A program made the position numbers and the translations under genes. This document shows, piece by piece, positions 1 to 10,329 of a DNA stretch of 53,996 nucleotides. The stretch comes from Candidatus Bathyarchaeota archaeon BA2 (GTDB lineage Archaea > Thermoproteota > Bathyarchaeia > Bathyarchaeales > Bathyarchaeaceae): the NCBI GenBank assembly GCA_001399795.1, contig LIHK01000010.1, positions 1 to 53,996 of the forward strand. The letters are read 5' to 3'. Under the pieces are notes generated by a model. That model saw nothing but the letters and a program-made list of their open reading frames with translations, made no database searches and was not told the DNA's origin. Within the stretch, counting starts at the first letter, position 1. Each line of letters opens with the position of its first letter.

Positions 1-471
1 GTTTCTCTTCCCCCTCAGGAAGCGGTAAAGTTTGGAAATCGCTGTCCGGTTTGTCGCAGAAAACTCACGAAGGGAGTGGAGCAACGCGTGGAAGAACTGG
101 CAGATCGACCTGTAGACTTCAAGCCCGAAGAAGCGATAGGCTACATGCATCTGTTACCCCTATCCGAAATAATCGCAACCGTTTTGGGAGTCAACTATCC
201 TGGCACCAGAAAAGTTTGGGGTATCTACAATCCGCTTGTCAAGAGGTTTGGCAATGAATACGCCGTGCTCATAGACGCATCAAAAGAAGAAATGTCCCAG
301 ATCGTTGATCCAGGGATCGCTGAAACCATTGTCCGTGTTAGAGAAGGCAAAGTGAAGGTTAATCCTGGATACGACGGTGTTTACGGCCAACTCGTAATCT
401 TTAAGGAAGAAGAAAAAGTAAAGGCTGCGCCAAAAAAGCCAAAGCAACGAAGCATAGCTGACTTTATGTAA
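1..471 (+). CDS. Endonuclease Q / PHP-family protein (TIGR00375-like), C-terminal part, 5'-truncated by window
   Basis: Frame is open from base 1: CPVCRRKLTKGVEQRVEELADR...HLLPLSEII...PGYDGVYG, the typical C-terminus of this family. Confidence 0.8.
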   Translation, partial: VSLPPQEAVKFGNRCPVCRRKLTKGVEQRVEELADRPVDFKPEEAIGYMHLLPLSEIIATVLGVNYPGTRKVWGIYNPLVKRFGNEYAVLIDASKEEMSQIVDPGIAETIVRVREGKVKVNPGYDGVYGQLVIFKEEEKVKAAPKKPKQRSIADFM

Positions 472-560
472 AAACGTCGCGGTTGCAAATAGAAAAGACA
501 TTAATCATTTTTCGTTAACAGTTAACTAGAGAAACATCATTGTATTGAGGGGAAAAACCC

Positions 561-1319
561 TTGAAGCTGCGTATAGCTTTAGTTCAATTTGGGCGGGGGT
601 TGAATAAGCCCAAAAACGTTGACCGTATGCTTTCAACCCTTTCAAAAATAAAGAATGTAGATATTGTTTGTCTGCCTGAAGCTTGGACTGGTAGAGGACT
701 TTTCCTAGAAGAGAAAGAATGCAAATCACTTCTCTCATCATTATGTCAACTCGCTGCCGAAAACGGTTACAATCTCCTAACTGGAGGCCTGTTTAATCGT
801 CGGGGAGAGAAAATCTTCGACACATGCCACGTAATTAGCAGGGATGGAAAGGTAATCGGTTTTTACGATAAGCGTTTTCCGTCCACAGCCTTTAACGAAA
901 GAAATTTCACTAGCTCTGGGAATGTTTCTCCAGTTTTTAAAGTTGACAGCGTCAATATCGGTGTATTGATTTGCGTTGATGCCCTCTACCCAGAACTCGC
1001 CAGAAACTTGGCTCTAAACGATGCCCACATAATTTTCAACCCATCAAACATACCCCAAAATCGAAGCGAATTATGGAAACACGTGTCAGTAACTAGAGCC
1101 GCAGAAAACACGGTTTTCTACGTTTTCGTCAACAACACCAACACCCGTTATCCAGATGGACGGATGGTGAAAGGCCACAGCATTGTCGCGGCGCCAGACG
1201 GAGAAGTGATTCTGGAAGCAGGTGAAGAGGAAAAGGTGTTCCAAACCAAGCTTGATCTGAACCAAATAGAAAGAATTAGAAAACGCTGGCGATACCTAAA
1301 CGACATACGCCAACTATAA
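561..1319 (+). CDS. Carbon-nitrogen hydrolase (nitrilase superfamily)
   Basis: CLPEAW (Glu), YDKRF (Lys), LICVDALYPE (Cys) catalytic triad motifs. Confidence 0.88.
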   Translation: MKLRIALVQFGRGLNKPKNVDRMLSTLSKIKNVDIVCLPEAWTGRGLFLEEKECKSLLSSLCQLAAENGYNLLTGGLFNRRGEKIFDTCHVISRDGKVIGFYDKRFPSTAFNERNFTSSGNVSPVFKVDSVNIGVLICVDALYPELARNLALNDAHIIFNPSNIPQNRSELWKHVSVTRAAENTVFYVFVNNTNTRYPDGRMVKGHSIVAAPDGEVILEAGEEEKVFQTKLDLNQIERIRKRWRYLNDIRQL

Positions 1320-1392
1320 ACCGTCTCTTCACCAAGCGGTACAACAACCACTTTATTAAATTGGGAGCCGATAGAAAATAGTGGTGTAAAGC

Positions 1393-2655
1393 TTGCCTGA
1401 AACCCACCCCTCAAAGGACATCATAGGAAGCAAGTCACGCCTATTGAAGGGGCGCAATATTGCCCTCTGCGTCACCGGAAGCGTAGCCGCTGTCAAGTGT
1501 CCTGAGATTGCCCGTGAACTCATGCGACAGGGCGCAGAAGTTTACACGGTTATGTCTTCTATGGCTCAGAAGATAATTCATCCATACCTCATGGAGTGGG
1601 CGACTGGGAACCATGTTGTAACGGAGCTAACTGGAAAGATTGAGCATGTGATGCTGGTTGGCGAGGGGCCTGATAAAGCTGACTTGGTTTTGGTTGCCCC
1701 AGCAACGGCGAACACCATCAGCAAAATCGCCTGTGGAATAGACGACACTACAGTTACTTCGCTGGTTTCAACAGCCTTCGGCTCCGGCACACCAATTATG
1801 ATTGTGCCAGCGATGCATGAATCCATGTATCGCCACCCAGTCGTAACCGAGAACATTAGAAAGCTTCAGTCCCTAGGCGTAGAGTTCGTTGGACCCAGAA
1901 TTGAAGAAGGAAAAGCAAAGATGGCTGAAACCAAGGAAATCGTAGAGGCAGTTATCCGTAAACTCACGGTTAAGAAGGACCTAGCCAAAAGAAAGGTCTT
2001 GGTCACAGCAGGCCCAACTTTAGAGCACATAGACCCTGTTAGGGTTATCACAAACAAAAGCTCCGGAAAGATGGGCGTAGCAGTAGTTGAGGAAGCATTG
2101 TCACGGGGAGCCGAAGTAACCTTAGTTTATGGTCCTGGGACAGCTGTTCCTCCTAAGGAAGCCAAGGAAATCTCTGTTGTAACCAGTCAAGAAATGTATG
2201 AAGCGGTGGTGTCTGAGTTAAAGTCGAAGAAGTACGACATTGCGATCGCTGTTGCGGCAGTGGCTGACTGGACGCCAGAAGAACAGTATGAATACAAAGT
2301 CCCAACAAGCACAGAACCGGAGCTGACAGTAAAATTGAAGCCAACCCCGAAAATTATTGATGCCGTAAAGAAGATTAGTCCAGACACGTTTCTCGTCGCG
2401 TTCCGGGCGGAATACAACCTGTCTGACGAAGAACTGGTTCAAAGCGCATACGAAAGACTGAAGAAAGCAAAGGCGGATCTAATTGCCGCAAACGATACCG
2501 AAAGAAAAGGAACTGGTTTCGGGTACGACGCCAACGAAGTTTTTATTGTTGACGCAAACAAAAAAGTCGTCCATGTTCCTCTCGCCAAGAAACGAGAAGT
2601 CGCAAAACACCTCTTCGATGTGATCGTCGATAAAATCAGGCAAAGCAAGACGTAA
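1393..2655 (+). CDS. coaBC: Bifunctional phosphopantothenoylcysteine decarboxylase/synthetase
   Basis: TGSVAA, APATANTISK, PAMHESM, TAGPTLEHIDPVRVITNKSSGKMG. Confidence 0.95.
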   Translation: MPETHPSKDIIGSKSRLLKGRNIALCVTGSVAAVKCPEIARELMRQGAEVYTVMSSMAQKIIHPYLMEWATGNHVVTELTGKIEHVMLVGEGPDKADLVLVAPATANTISKIACGIDDTTVTSLVSTAFGSGTPIMIVPAMHESMYRHPVVTENIRKLQSLGVEFVGPRIEEGKAKMAETKEIVEAVIRKLTVKKDLAKRKVLVTAGPTLEHIDPVRVITNKSSGKMGVAVVEEALSRGAEVTLVYGPGTAVPPKEAKEISVVTSQEMYEAVVSELKSKKYDIAIAVAAVADWTPEEQYEYKVPTSTEPELTVKLKPTPKIIDAVKKISPDTFLVAFRAEYNLSDEELVQSAYERLKKAKADLIAANDTERKGTGFGYDANEVFIVDANKKVVHVPLAKKREVAKHLFDVIVDKIRQSKT

Positions 2656-2746
2656 CTTAATAGAGTTCTGTTTAAACAGCCAAAGCACCAACTATTTTAA
2701 GAGAGAACCAACGTTAACTGACCATCCACTTTAGGAAAGAATTGCG

Positions 2747-4129
2747 TTGAAAGAAGACCTGGTAAAGGCCGTTGATTACGGGCAGAAACTTGGCGCCGAC
2801 TACGTTGAAGTTCGAACCCAGAAACTTTTCAAAACCCTCTTCACAACAAAAGACGGCGAAGTTGAAGCAGCTAAGGAGGGAACAGAAAACGGGGCAGGCA
2901 TCAGGGTTTTGGCAAAGGGCGCCTGGGGTTTCGTAACCCTTGGAACGCTGGATCCAAAGTTGCTAAAACAGGCTGTTGAAGAAGCATTCAAAATGGCGAA
3001 AGCAGCGAGTTTCAGGGTGAAAACGCCCGTAAAGCTTGCTGAGACAAAGGCTGTGGAAGACAGGGTGGTGACCAAATCAAGGAAAGATCCGAGGGAAATT
3101 CCAATCAAGGAAAAGATTAATGTCGCTTTAGCAATGGACAAAGCGATTTTTGATTACGACAACCGCGTAAAGAGTTGCACCATCGACTATCTTGATCTAA
3201 CAGGAACAAATTACTTCATCAACAGCGACGGAACCTACATTGAACAAGACAAACTTTACGTCTGGTCTAGAATTCTCGCCTCAGCAAGAGAAGCCGACGT
3301 TTTCACTTCGGGAAGAGAAGAAATAGGGTCCACAGCCGGTTTTGAAGTTTTTGACGTGGAAACACCAGAAATCGTGGGAACAAGAATTGCCAAACGCGTA
3401 ATTGATCAGTTAAAAGCCAAGGCGCCAAAGGGTGGAACTTTCCCAGCCGTAATCGGCACCAACGTAGTCGGTGTCTTCATCCACGAGGCTTTTGGGCATC
3501 TAGCAGAAGCAGACCTCACTTTATCTGGATCCATATTGTCTGACAAGCTTGGAAAGAAAATCGCATCAGAAGTCGTCACGACTTACGACGACGGCACAGT
3601 TGACGGCGCCTTCGGATCTTTCAAATACGATGACGAAGGAGTTCCAACGCAAAAATCTCTCTTGGTTAGAAACGGCAAAGTGGTTGGGCTTATGCACAAC
3701 CGTGAAACCGCCTTCAAGTTTAATATGCAACCAACAGGAAACGCTCGGGCTGAAGACTTCAGATTTGAACCCATCATCAGGATGAGGAACACCTACCTCG
3801 CCTCGGGCGATCATACGTTCGAGGAACTTATCGAGGACATTGATTTCGGCTATTACCTCAAAAGCTTTAGAGGAGGCCAAGCGAACCTGGACGGAACCTT
3901 TCAGGTTGGCATACAGGAGGCTTACGAAGTCGTTGAGGGACAGCTAGGCTCACCCGTTCGGAACGCCTCAATCAGTGGAAACACCCTTGAAACCCTACAC
4001 AAGGTGGATGCCGTTGGTAGAGACTTTAAATTGTGGCCCGGGAGATGCGGGAAGGTCCAAACAGCCTTCATTTGCGATGGAGGACCCCACATTCGGGTAA
4101 GAGAGGTTATCGTCGGTGGCGGAGCTTAA
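2747..4129 (+). CDS. tldD: TldD metalloprotease subunit
   Basis: HEAFGHLAEAD zinc motif, YDDEG, PIIRMRNTY, terminal CGK...GGPH. Confidence 0.92.
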   Translation: MKEDLVKAVDYGQKLGADYVEVRTQKLFKTLFTTKDGEVEAAKEGTENGAGIRVLAKGAWGFVTLGTLDPKLLKQAVEEAFKMAKAASFRVKTPVKLAETKAVEDRVVTKSRKDPREIPIKEKINVALAMDKAIFDYDNRVKSCTIDYLDLTGTNYFINSDGTYIEQDKLYVWSRILASAREADVFTSGREEIGSTAGFEVFDVETPEIVGTRIAKRVIDQLKAKAPKGGTFPAVIGTNVVGVFIHEAFGHLAEADLTLSGSILSDKLGKKIASEVVTTYDDGTVDGAFGSFKYDDEGVPTQKSLLVRNGKVVGLMHNRETAFKFNMQPTGNARAEDFRFEPIIRMRNTYLASGDHTFEELIEDIDFGYYLKSFRGGQANLDGTFQVGIQEAYEVVEGQLGSPVRNASISGNTLETLHKVDAVGRDFKLWPGRCGKVQTAFICDGGPHIRVREVIVGGGA

Positions 4130-5489
4130 ACCCGAGGAATTAACCAACATTGGAGAAAAAGCCGTTAAAATTGCAACTAAGAAAGGCGCTGAAGAGGCTG
4201 AAGCATTTCTAAGCATAAGCTCCAGCATATCTGTGGGGATTGAAAGGGGACAGATCGTTAGAAGCGTCAAGGGGATGGATCGAGGCCTAGGGGTAAGAGC
4301 CCTCTACAAAAAGGCAGCGGGTTTCTCCTACACAAACATATTAACAGACAAAACAATCCAAGACGCCGCTGTCAAGGCTTTCCACTCAGCCAAAGCCAGC
4401 AAACCAGACAAAAACTGGGTAAGCCTACCCAGCCCCAAGAAGCACAGCGCAACCAAGAGCACATACGACAAAAGACTGCCCGCCATCCCACCTGACGAAT
4501 TGGTGGAAACGGCGTCAGTCGCATTGAATGCAGCAGAAGGCTACGACAAGCGAGTTTTCCCCGTAGGGGGAGGAGTTGGAACCCTCCTTGCAGCTAGAGC
4601 CATCATCAACTCATATGGAGTGGAGGCTTACGATAAAGGCACAAGCATCGGATGCTCCATCGAAACCATAGCGAGAGAAGCCGGCGAGGTTACTCCCGTG
4701 TGTTTTGAATTCAACGCAGAAAGGGTTTACAAAATTGACCCGGAATGGGTGGGAAGAGAAGCGGCTAGGCAAGCAATTTATTCCCTCAAAGCCAAGAAAA
4801 TCAAATCTGGAAACCTTCCCATAATATTCACTCAACCAGCGTTTCACGCCCTTCTTTACTATACGCTGATAAACGCCGTGAAAGCGGACTACGTTCAAAG
4901 GGAGCGATCTGCCCTCAAAGGAAAAATCGGAGAGAAAATTGCCTCGGATCTTGTGACGGTTCACGATAACGGATTGCTTGAAGGCGGTCTTCAAACATGG
5001 AAATTTGACGGCGAGGGAGCTCCTAGCCAAAAAACTTTGCTCATTGAGAAGGGTGTCTTGAAGCATTACCTCTACGACAACTATACGGCGAAGAAGACTG
5101 GCGTTGAAAGCACTGGAAACGCTTTTAGGGGGGACCTAGCCCCATACGCGTCTACGCCAGTTTTGGAGGCAACAAACTTCACCTTTTCTCCAAGAAACAA
5201 ATCTCCAGAAAATCTTATCAACGAAATTGATGACGGACTCATAGTTTACGGTGTGCAAGGCGCCCACAGCAGTAACCCAGAAAGCGGAGAATTTTCTGTG
5301 GTAGCCACCCCGGCATGGAAGATTGAAAAAGGTAGCGTAGCCTATGCTGTGAAGGGAGCAATGCTGGCGGGTACGGTCTTCGACGTTTTGAAGAATATAT
5401 CGGCTCTTGGCAACAACACGAGGAAGATAGGACACTTAGTTGCACCATGGATTCGAGTGGAAAACGTTAAAATCATTGGAAGGCGATGA
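4116..5489 (+). CDS. pmbA: PmbA/TldE subunit
   Basis: TldD paralog lacking HExxH, FDGEG and STGNA motifs, overlaps tldD. Confidence 0.9.
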   Translation: MAELKPEELTNIGEKAVKIATKKGAEEAEAFLSISSSISVGIERGQIVRSVKGMDRGLGVRALYKKAAGFSYTNILTDKTIQDAAVKAFHSAKASKPDKNWVSLPSPKKHSATKSTYDKRLPAIPPDELVETASVALNAAEGYDKRVFPVGGGVGTLLAARAIINSYGVEAYDKGTSIGCSIETIAREAGEVTPVCFEFNAERVYKIDPEWVGREAARQAIYSLKAKKIKSGNLPIIFTQPAFHALLYYTLINAVKADYVQRERSALKGKIGEKIASDLVTVHDNGLLEGGLQTWKFDGEGAPSQKTLLIEKGVLKHYLYDNYTAKKTGVESTGNAFRGDLAPYASTPVLEATNFTFSPRNKSPENLINEIDDGLIVYGVQGAHSSNPESGEFSVVATPAWKIEKGSVAYAVKGAMLAGTVFDVLKNISALGNNTRKIGHLVAPWIRVENVKIIGRR

Positions 5490-5571
5490 AAGCTTTTTAT
5501 TGCACATAGGCTCACGTCTTTAAAGCCATAAACCTTGACAGCCAAAATCAAGTGGAGGAACAGCGAAGGAG

Positions 5572-6504
5572 TTGACCGGAGCCAAGGAGACGATATTTCG
5601 TGTTAAAAGGGCCGTTTTCAGAATAGAGACTGCGAGAAAAATCACGCAGTTTTGCTGTTTTGTGCTATTCAACGCCTTCATTTTTGGTTTAGGGCCTTGG
5701 CTAATCCTCCTTCCAGTCCTTCACAGCCCAGTGAGACCCGATCAAATAACTGGAGGAGACGCCTTTGCCTTCCTACAGCAGATGCTCCACGACGCCGTTT
5801 TTCCTTGGCTTCCCCTAGCTGCGTTTATTCTGACAGCGGTTTTTCTGGGCAGAGCCCTCTGCGGCTGGGCATGTCCCTTCGGTTTCATTCAGAATTTGTT
5901 GGGATACGTTAAGAAAAAACATACAGAGGTTTCTTTGAGAACCCACGAGAGAATGATCAAAGTTAAGTACATAGTTTTGGCGGTTACCCTATTCATCAGC
6001 GTGACTATAGCCATATCAGTGGCCACAGGAACGAGAGGAAGCTACAAAGAAGCCCTCGGCGTGTTTGCCCCAGCACCATTCAACGCGTTAAGTCCAGCCG
6101 ACACGCTCTTCGCTACTCTGCCAAGAATAGCATTAGACATTCGTTACGCCAACCCTAATACTGCACTAACCGACATGTTTGTGGTGCGACCGCTTCTGTG
6201 GACTCGCCTCGCCATAATGACATTTGTTCTAATTTTAGCCGCGTACGTCACTAGAAGTTGGTGTAGATACTTCTGCCCCCACGCAGCAGCACTAGCCCTT
6301 CTGAATCGATTCAGCTTTCTGGGCTTGAAGCGGGATCCCTTGAAGTGCACGAAAGCTGGGTGCCGCGCATGTGTGGAGGTTTGTCCAATGAAGATTCGCA
6401 TTTTGGAATTGCCTTGGGAGAAGTTCAGTGACCCAGAATGCATATACTGCCTAAAATGTGTTGAAGCTTGCACAACAAAAGCCATAAAACCAAAATTCCC
6501 ATGA
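5572..6504 (+). CDS. Membrane 4Fe-4S binding protein (NapH/MauN-like)
   Basis: CGWACPFG, WCRYFCP, two C-terminal CxxCxxxCP ferredoxin motifs, several TM segments. Confidence 0.85.
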   Translation: MTGAKETIFRVKRAVFRIETARKITQFCCFVLFNAFIFGLGPWLILLPVLHSPVRPDQITGGDAFAFLQQMLHDAVFPWLPLAAFILTAVFLGRALCGWACPFGFIQNLLGYVKKKHTEVSLRTHERMIKVKYIVLAVTLFISVTIAISVATGTRGSYKEALGVFAPAPFNALSPADTLFATLPRIALDIRYANPNTALTDMFVVRPLLWTRLAIMTFVLILAAYVTRSWCRYFCPHAAALALLNRFSFLGLKRDPLKCTKAGCRACVEVCPMKIRILELPWEKFSDPECIYCLKCVEACTTKAIKPKFP

Positions 6505-6636
6505 AAGTGCTGGAAGCTTGATTTAGCCTCATTTGTAACGTGGCTTCTCGCAGAACGAAACCATTATCAGCGGGCAGAACTCCATGTTGAAACAGATCAA
6601 AACGGCTTGTTAAACCTTTAACGAGGGATTGTTAGG

Positions 6637-8004
6637 ATGATAAAAAGGAAAATTCCATGCGCCATGACAATAGCCGGTTCTGACAGCAGTGGAGGCGCTG
6701 GGATAGAAGCCGACCTAAAAACCTTTGCCGCTTTAGGGGTTTTCGGAACCTGCGCCGCCACCGCCATAACAGCTCAGAACACAAAGGGAGTTTACGACAT
6801 ATTTCCTATACCTCCACGCATGGTTGAAAGACAAATAGAAACTGTCCTTGAGGACATCCCAGTCAAAGCGGCCAAAACAGGGATGCTCTACTCTAAGGAA
6901 GCCATGAAAGTGGTTGCTAAAGCCATTGATCGCCATAAACTGCGGGTTGTTGTCGATCCAGTTTTCCGGGCGGGTACTGGAGACCTTCTTATTCGTGAAG
7001 AAGATAAAGAGGCTTTAATCAAGATGGTTATTCCCCGGTCCTTTGTTGTCACCCCGAACAAGCATGAAGCTGAAGACATTGCTCAAATGAAAATAAAGAC
7101 GGTTGACGACATGAAAAAGGCGTCTTCAAAAATTGCGAAGCTAGGTGCGAAAGCAGTGGTTGTGAAGGGTGGTCACTTAGGAGGAGCAAACGTTATAGAC
7201 ATTTTGAACTATAATGGCGGTTTCAAGACTTTTACAAAACCCCGAGTTGAAGTAGAGGCCCATGGAGGAGGATGCGCTTTTTCCGCAGCCATTGCAGCCT
7301 ACCTTGCCCTTGACTATGGTGTTGTGGACGCCGTTACGAAAGCTGAAGAATTCATGCAGAACGCCATTACGTATGGTTTAGTTGTTGGGAAGGGCAGGGT
7401 TCCTGTGAACCCCATGGCAACCTTGTTCAATGAAGCCGAGAAGCATAGAGTTTTGGAGGATGTTTCCAAAGCGGCTAAAATGATTGAAGATCATCCGGAA
7501 TTCTTACCGTACATGGCCGAAGTTGGAATGCAGGTTGCTATGGCTCTGCCTTACGCTTCTACCAAGTGGCATGTTGCGGCTGTGGAGGGAAGAATCGTTA
7601 GGTTCGGTGAAAAGGCGAAGGCGGTTGGCTGCGTTAAGTTTGGAGCGTCTGACCATGTTGCTCATATAGTCCTGACCGCCATGAAGCGCGACCCCTCAAA
7701 GAGGGCCGCGCTGAACCTCCGCTATGACCAAGGGTTGGTGGAAGCCTTTAAGAAGCTTGGACGGGTGGCTTCAAGCTTTGACAGAAGGCTTGAGCCTCCA
7801 GAAGTGAAGGCCATGGAGGGTGGAACCCTTGTTTGGGGAGTGGAAGAAGCAATAAAGGCTGCTGGAAAGGTTCCAGACGTTATCTATGATCTAGGCGAGG
7901 TTGGGAAGGAACCCACGATTCGGGTTTTGGGAAACTCTGCAATGGATGTAGTGGAAAAAGCGCTAGCATCCATAAAGCTTCGAAAACATGTTAATCCGCA
8001 CTAA
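6637..8004 (+). CDS. thiDN: HMP/HMP-P kinase fused to ThiN thiamine-phosphate synthase
   Basis: [31 protein letters not shown], plus C-terminal ThiN domain ([14 protein letters not shown]). Confidence 0.92.
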   Translation: MIKRKIPCAMTIAGSDSSGGAGIEADLKTFAALGVFGTCAATAITAQNTKGVYDIFPIPPRMVERQIETVLEDIPVKAAKTGMLYSKEAMKVVAKAIDRHKLRVVVDPVFRAGTGDLLIREEDKEALIKMVIPRSFVVTPNKHEAEDIAQMKIKTVDDMKKASSKIAKLGAKAVVVKGGHLGGANVIDILNYNGGFKTFTKPRVEVEAHGGGCAFSAAIAAYLALDYGVVDAVTKAEEFMQNAITYGLVVGKGRVPVNPMATLFNEAEKHRVLEDVSKAAKMIEDHPEFLPYMAEVGMQVAMALPYASTKWHVAAVEGRIVRFGEKAKAVGCVKFGASDHVAHIVLTAMKRDPSKRAALNLRYDQGLVEAFKKLGRVASSFDRRLEPPEVKAMEGGTLVWGVEEAIKAAGKVPDVIYDLGEVGKEPTIRVLGNSAMDVVEKALASIKLRKHVNPH

Positions 8005-8140
8005 TGGACTAAGTTTTTGTTGCTGGACCAAACCAAAATACTCAGCATTCCGGCTTCAAATTTTTCCTTCTTTCTTTAGGGCTTTGATTTCGGCTTCAAT
8101 CTGTTCGATTGTGAGGTGTAGCCCCCAGTAATGCTTATAT

Positions 8141-8171
8141 GTATTTACTTAGGTATATACTTAGTAAATAC
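8141..8171. promoter_or_regulatory. Inverted repeat, probable TA operator
   Basis: GTATTTACT-N13-AGTAAATAC directly before the antitoxin start. Confidence 0.55.
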
Positions 8172-8173
8172 TA

Positions 8174-8413
8174 TTGGGATGTACTATGGGTAAAGTAAAT
8201 GCGGTCACAGTGAAGATTTCAAACGAGTTGAAAGAAAAGATGAAGCAGGTTAAGGTGAATTGGAGCCAATACATAAGGGACGCTATTCAGAAGAAGATAG
8301 AGGAACAGAAGTTGAAAACTGCTTCAGCCAAAATCGACGAGGTTAGGAAGCGAGCCAAGCCTGTGCCCACAGACGAGCTTGTATCCTGGATCCGAGAAGA
8401 CAGGGAGAGATAA
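8174..8413 (+). CDS. RHH/CopG-type antitoxin (VapB-like)
   Basis: VTVKISNELKEKMKQVKVNWSQYIRDAI, upstream of a PIN gene. Confidence 0.8.
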   Translation: MGCTMGKVNAVTVKISNELKEKMKQVKVNWSQYIRDAIQKKIEEQKLKTASAKIDEVRKRAKPVPTDELVSWIREDRER

Positions 8414-8849
8414 AAACACGCCACAATACGTTGTGGATGCCAGCGTCATTGCAAAATGGGTCTTGCCAGGCGAGCCCTTCCAAGAGAAAGCTTTGAGACT
8501 AAAAGAAGACCATGTTTCAGGAGTAATAGAGCTATCCGCACCCAGTATAATTGTACAGGAGGTAGCTAACGCTCTCTGGAGGGCTACAAAGCTGAACAGA
8601 ATTTCTGAGGCAGACGCCAAAGAAGCCTTAAAGGCACTAAACGACATGAGAATTGAATTACATGAACCAGACTGGATTCAAACAGCACAAGCATTAAGCA
8701 TAGCATGCGATTTAGACTTAACAATTTATGACGCATCGTATGTTTTCCTCACTCATGAACTAAAAGTCCCGCTTATCACGGCCGACAAAACACTCTACGA
8801 AACTGCAAGAAAGAGTTTCAAAATCTTACACATTAAGGATTATTTATAA
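8379..8849 (+). CDS. vapC: VapC PIN-domain toxin (start uncertain)
   Basis: YVVDASVIAKW, EVANAL, IYDASYV, LITADK. Confidence 0.88.
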   Translation: MYPGSEKTGRDKNTPQYVVDASVIAKWVLPGEPFQEKALRLKEDHVSGVIELSAPSIIVQEVANALWRATKLNRISEADAKEALKALNDMRIELHEPDWIQTAQALSIACDLDLTIYDASYVFLTHELKVPLITADKTLYETARKSFKILHIKDYL

Positions 8850-8904
8850 GTTAGATAAGTTCATTCGATGCATTTGGTTATCAAGAACTTTTGAATGAAC
8901 TATT

Positions 8905-9361
8905 TTTAGTCAACTTTGTGTAAGTTTCAATAAGCGGTCTTATTTGCTCTTCAATTCTTCTTGAAATGAAGTCTGCGAGCGTGTCAAGTTCTTCCTCAGC
9001 CATCTTAAGTTCAGCAATACTGATTCGTCGATTCCTTTTTGGTGGTTGTAGGCACTTGATATATGTTTTTGGGCTCTTTCACAGTATTCTCTTGCTTTTT
9101 CGAAGTCTTGTCTAAATCTATGTATGTGTCCAATATCAGATCGGAGTCTCCGATCTACTCTTTCTCGCAGATTCTAAAAACTTTCTTCGATAGCATCCTC
9201 GATTTCTTTACTTTCTTTTCCACTACACTCTCGAGTATTCGTTGTAGTTCTTCTGAATGAGCACTCGATGACACCGCGGTTTTTAGAGGAACAATGTATG
9301 AGAGAACATCTGCTGCAGAATCGTGTGCTAATCTAACAACTTCAGCTAGTTTTTCTTGCAA
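8905..9361 (-). pseudogene. Degraded helical/TPR-like gene in AT-rich segment
   Basis: Fragments in different frames, e.g. DIGHIHRFRQDFEKAREYCERAQKH and AELKMAEEELDTLADFISRRIEEQIRPLIETYTKL, separated by stops. Confidence 0.35.
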
Positions 9362-9772
9362 TTCTTTAATTTCTTAAAACTTTGAGGTTAGCTTTATTGG
9401 AGATTCATTTAAGCCTTAGTAGTTACGCGCGTGGTTCTTTTTGTTCAAAACAGGGATGGGAAATGGAGATTATCAAATCCGAAGAAAGGGAAAAAGAGTT
9501 TATACTTGAGGCGAAATACAAAAAGCAAAATTTCCCTACTCTCCATTCGAAAGAAAAATGCTTTCTCTTCAACTTGAAGACAATCAAAAAAAGGTTTTCT
9601 TAGTTGAAATTGTAACAGCTGATATAGATTGGGAATATTTTAAAAATGAAATTGAGAAATTGAGGAAATTTTAAATAATGCTCAACTTGTTGAAAAGATG
9701 CGCCAATAAAAAGATGTAAAAACTAAAGGAAATTTATGATAAAGTAAAACTTAAGGTCTTAGAGCCTCGACT

Positions 9773-10084
9773 TTAATTCATTGTATCAGCGACGTTTTGC
9801 ACGCCACTCTTTAAAGGAAAGAGACTCACAACAATTAATACAATTCCGATGGCAATGAAAGGCCCAAATACTGAAAAAAGCGCTTCTAATCGGGGCCTAT
9901 AGTAGGGACCTCCCAGAGGGAATAGAATAGACATTAAAATAAACATTAAACCAGAGGCCAACGCACCAATTCCACTCAAAAGGATGATGATACCTATGGA
10001 CAAACGAATGCGCATTGCTGTTTTTAAATCCATCATTTCTGCTTGAATTCGCTCTTTGCTCCACCCTTCTTCTTTCTTAGCCAT
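9773..10084 (-). CDS. Small membrane protein (2 TM), unknown function
   Basis: ATG start with purine-rich upstream, two hydrophobic segments. Confidence 0.65.
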   Translation of the reverse strand: MAKKEEGWSKERIQAEMMDLKTAMRIRLSIGIIILLSGIGALASGLMFILMSILFPLGGPYYRPRLEALFSVFGPFIAIGIVLIVVSLFPLKSGVQNVADTMN

Positions 10085-10156
10085 CTTCTCTCCCTTTTGT
10101 CAAGCGCGCAGTGTTGACTATGCCCTCAACTTCTTTAAAAATTTTGTGGTACGCGC

Positions 10157-10190
10157 CAGCCCGCCGCCTGTTCCGCTCGGCCACCCCGGC
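10157..10190 (-). pseudogene. 5' half of a tRNA-Cys-like gene (nt 1-34), 3' half absent
   Basis: GCCGGGG TG GCC-GAGCGGAACA-GGC G GCGGG CT G then unrelated sequence; TTTATAA box at 10221-10227. Confidence 0.65.
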
Positions 10191-10329
10191 AAACTCAAAC
10201 TTGAGAGGTGTTATGGAAAGTTATAAACTTTGTTAGCGCGGGTTCTGTTGAATCTCTCGAAAGAGTTATTCTTATATTTTTGTTTTAGTTCAAAAGGAAT
10301 TGTTAATTTCCTCACTGGAGGAGTTGTCT

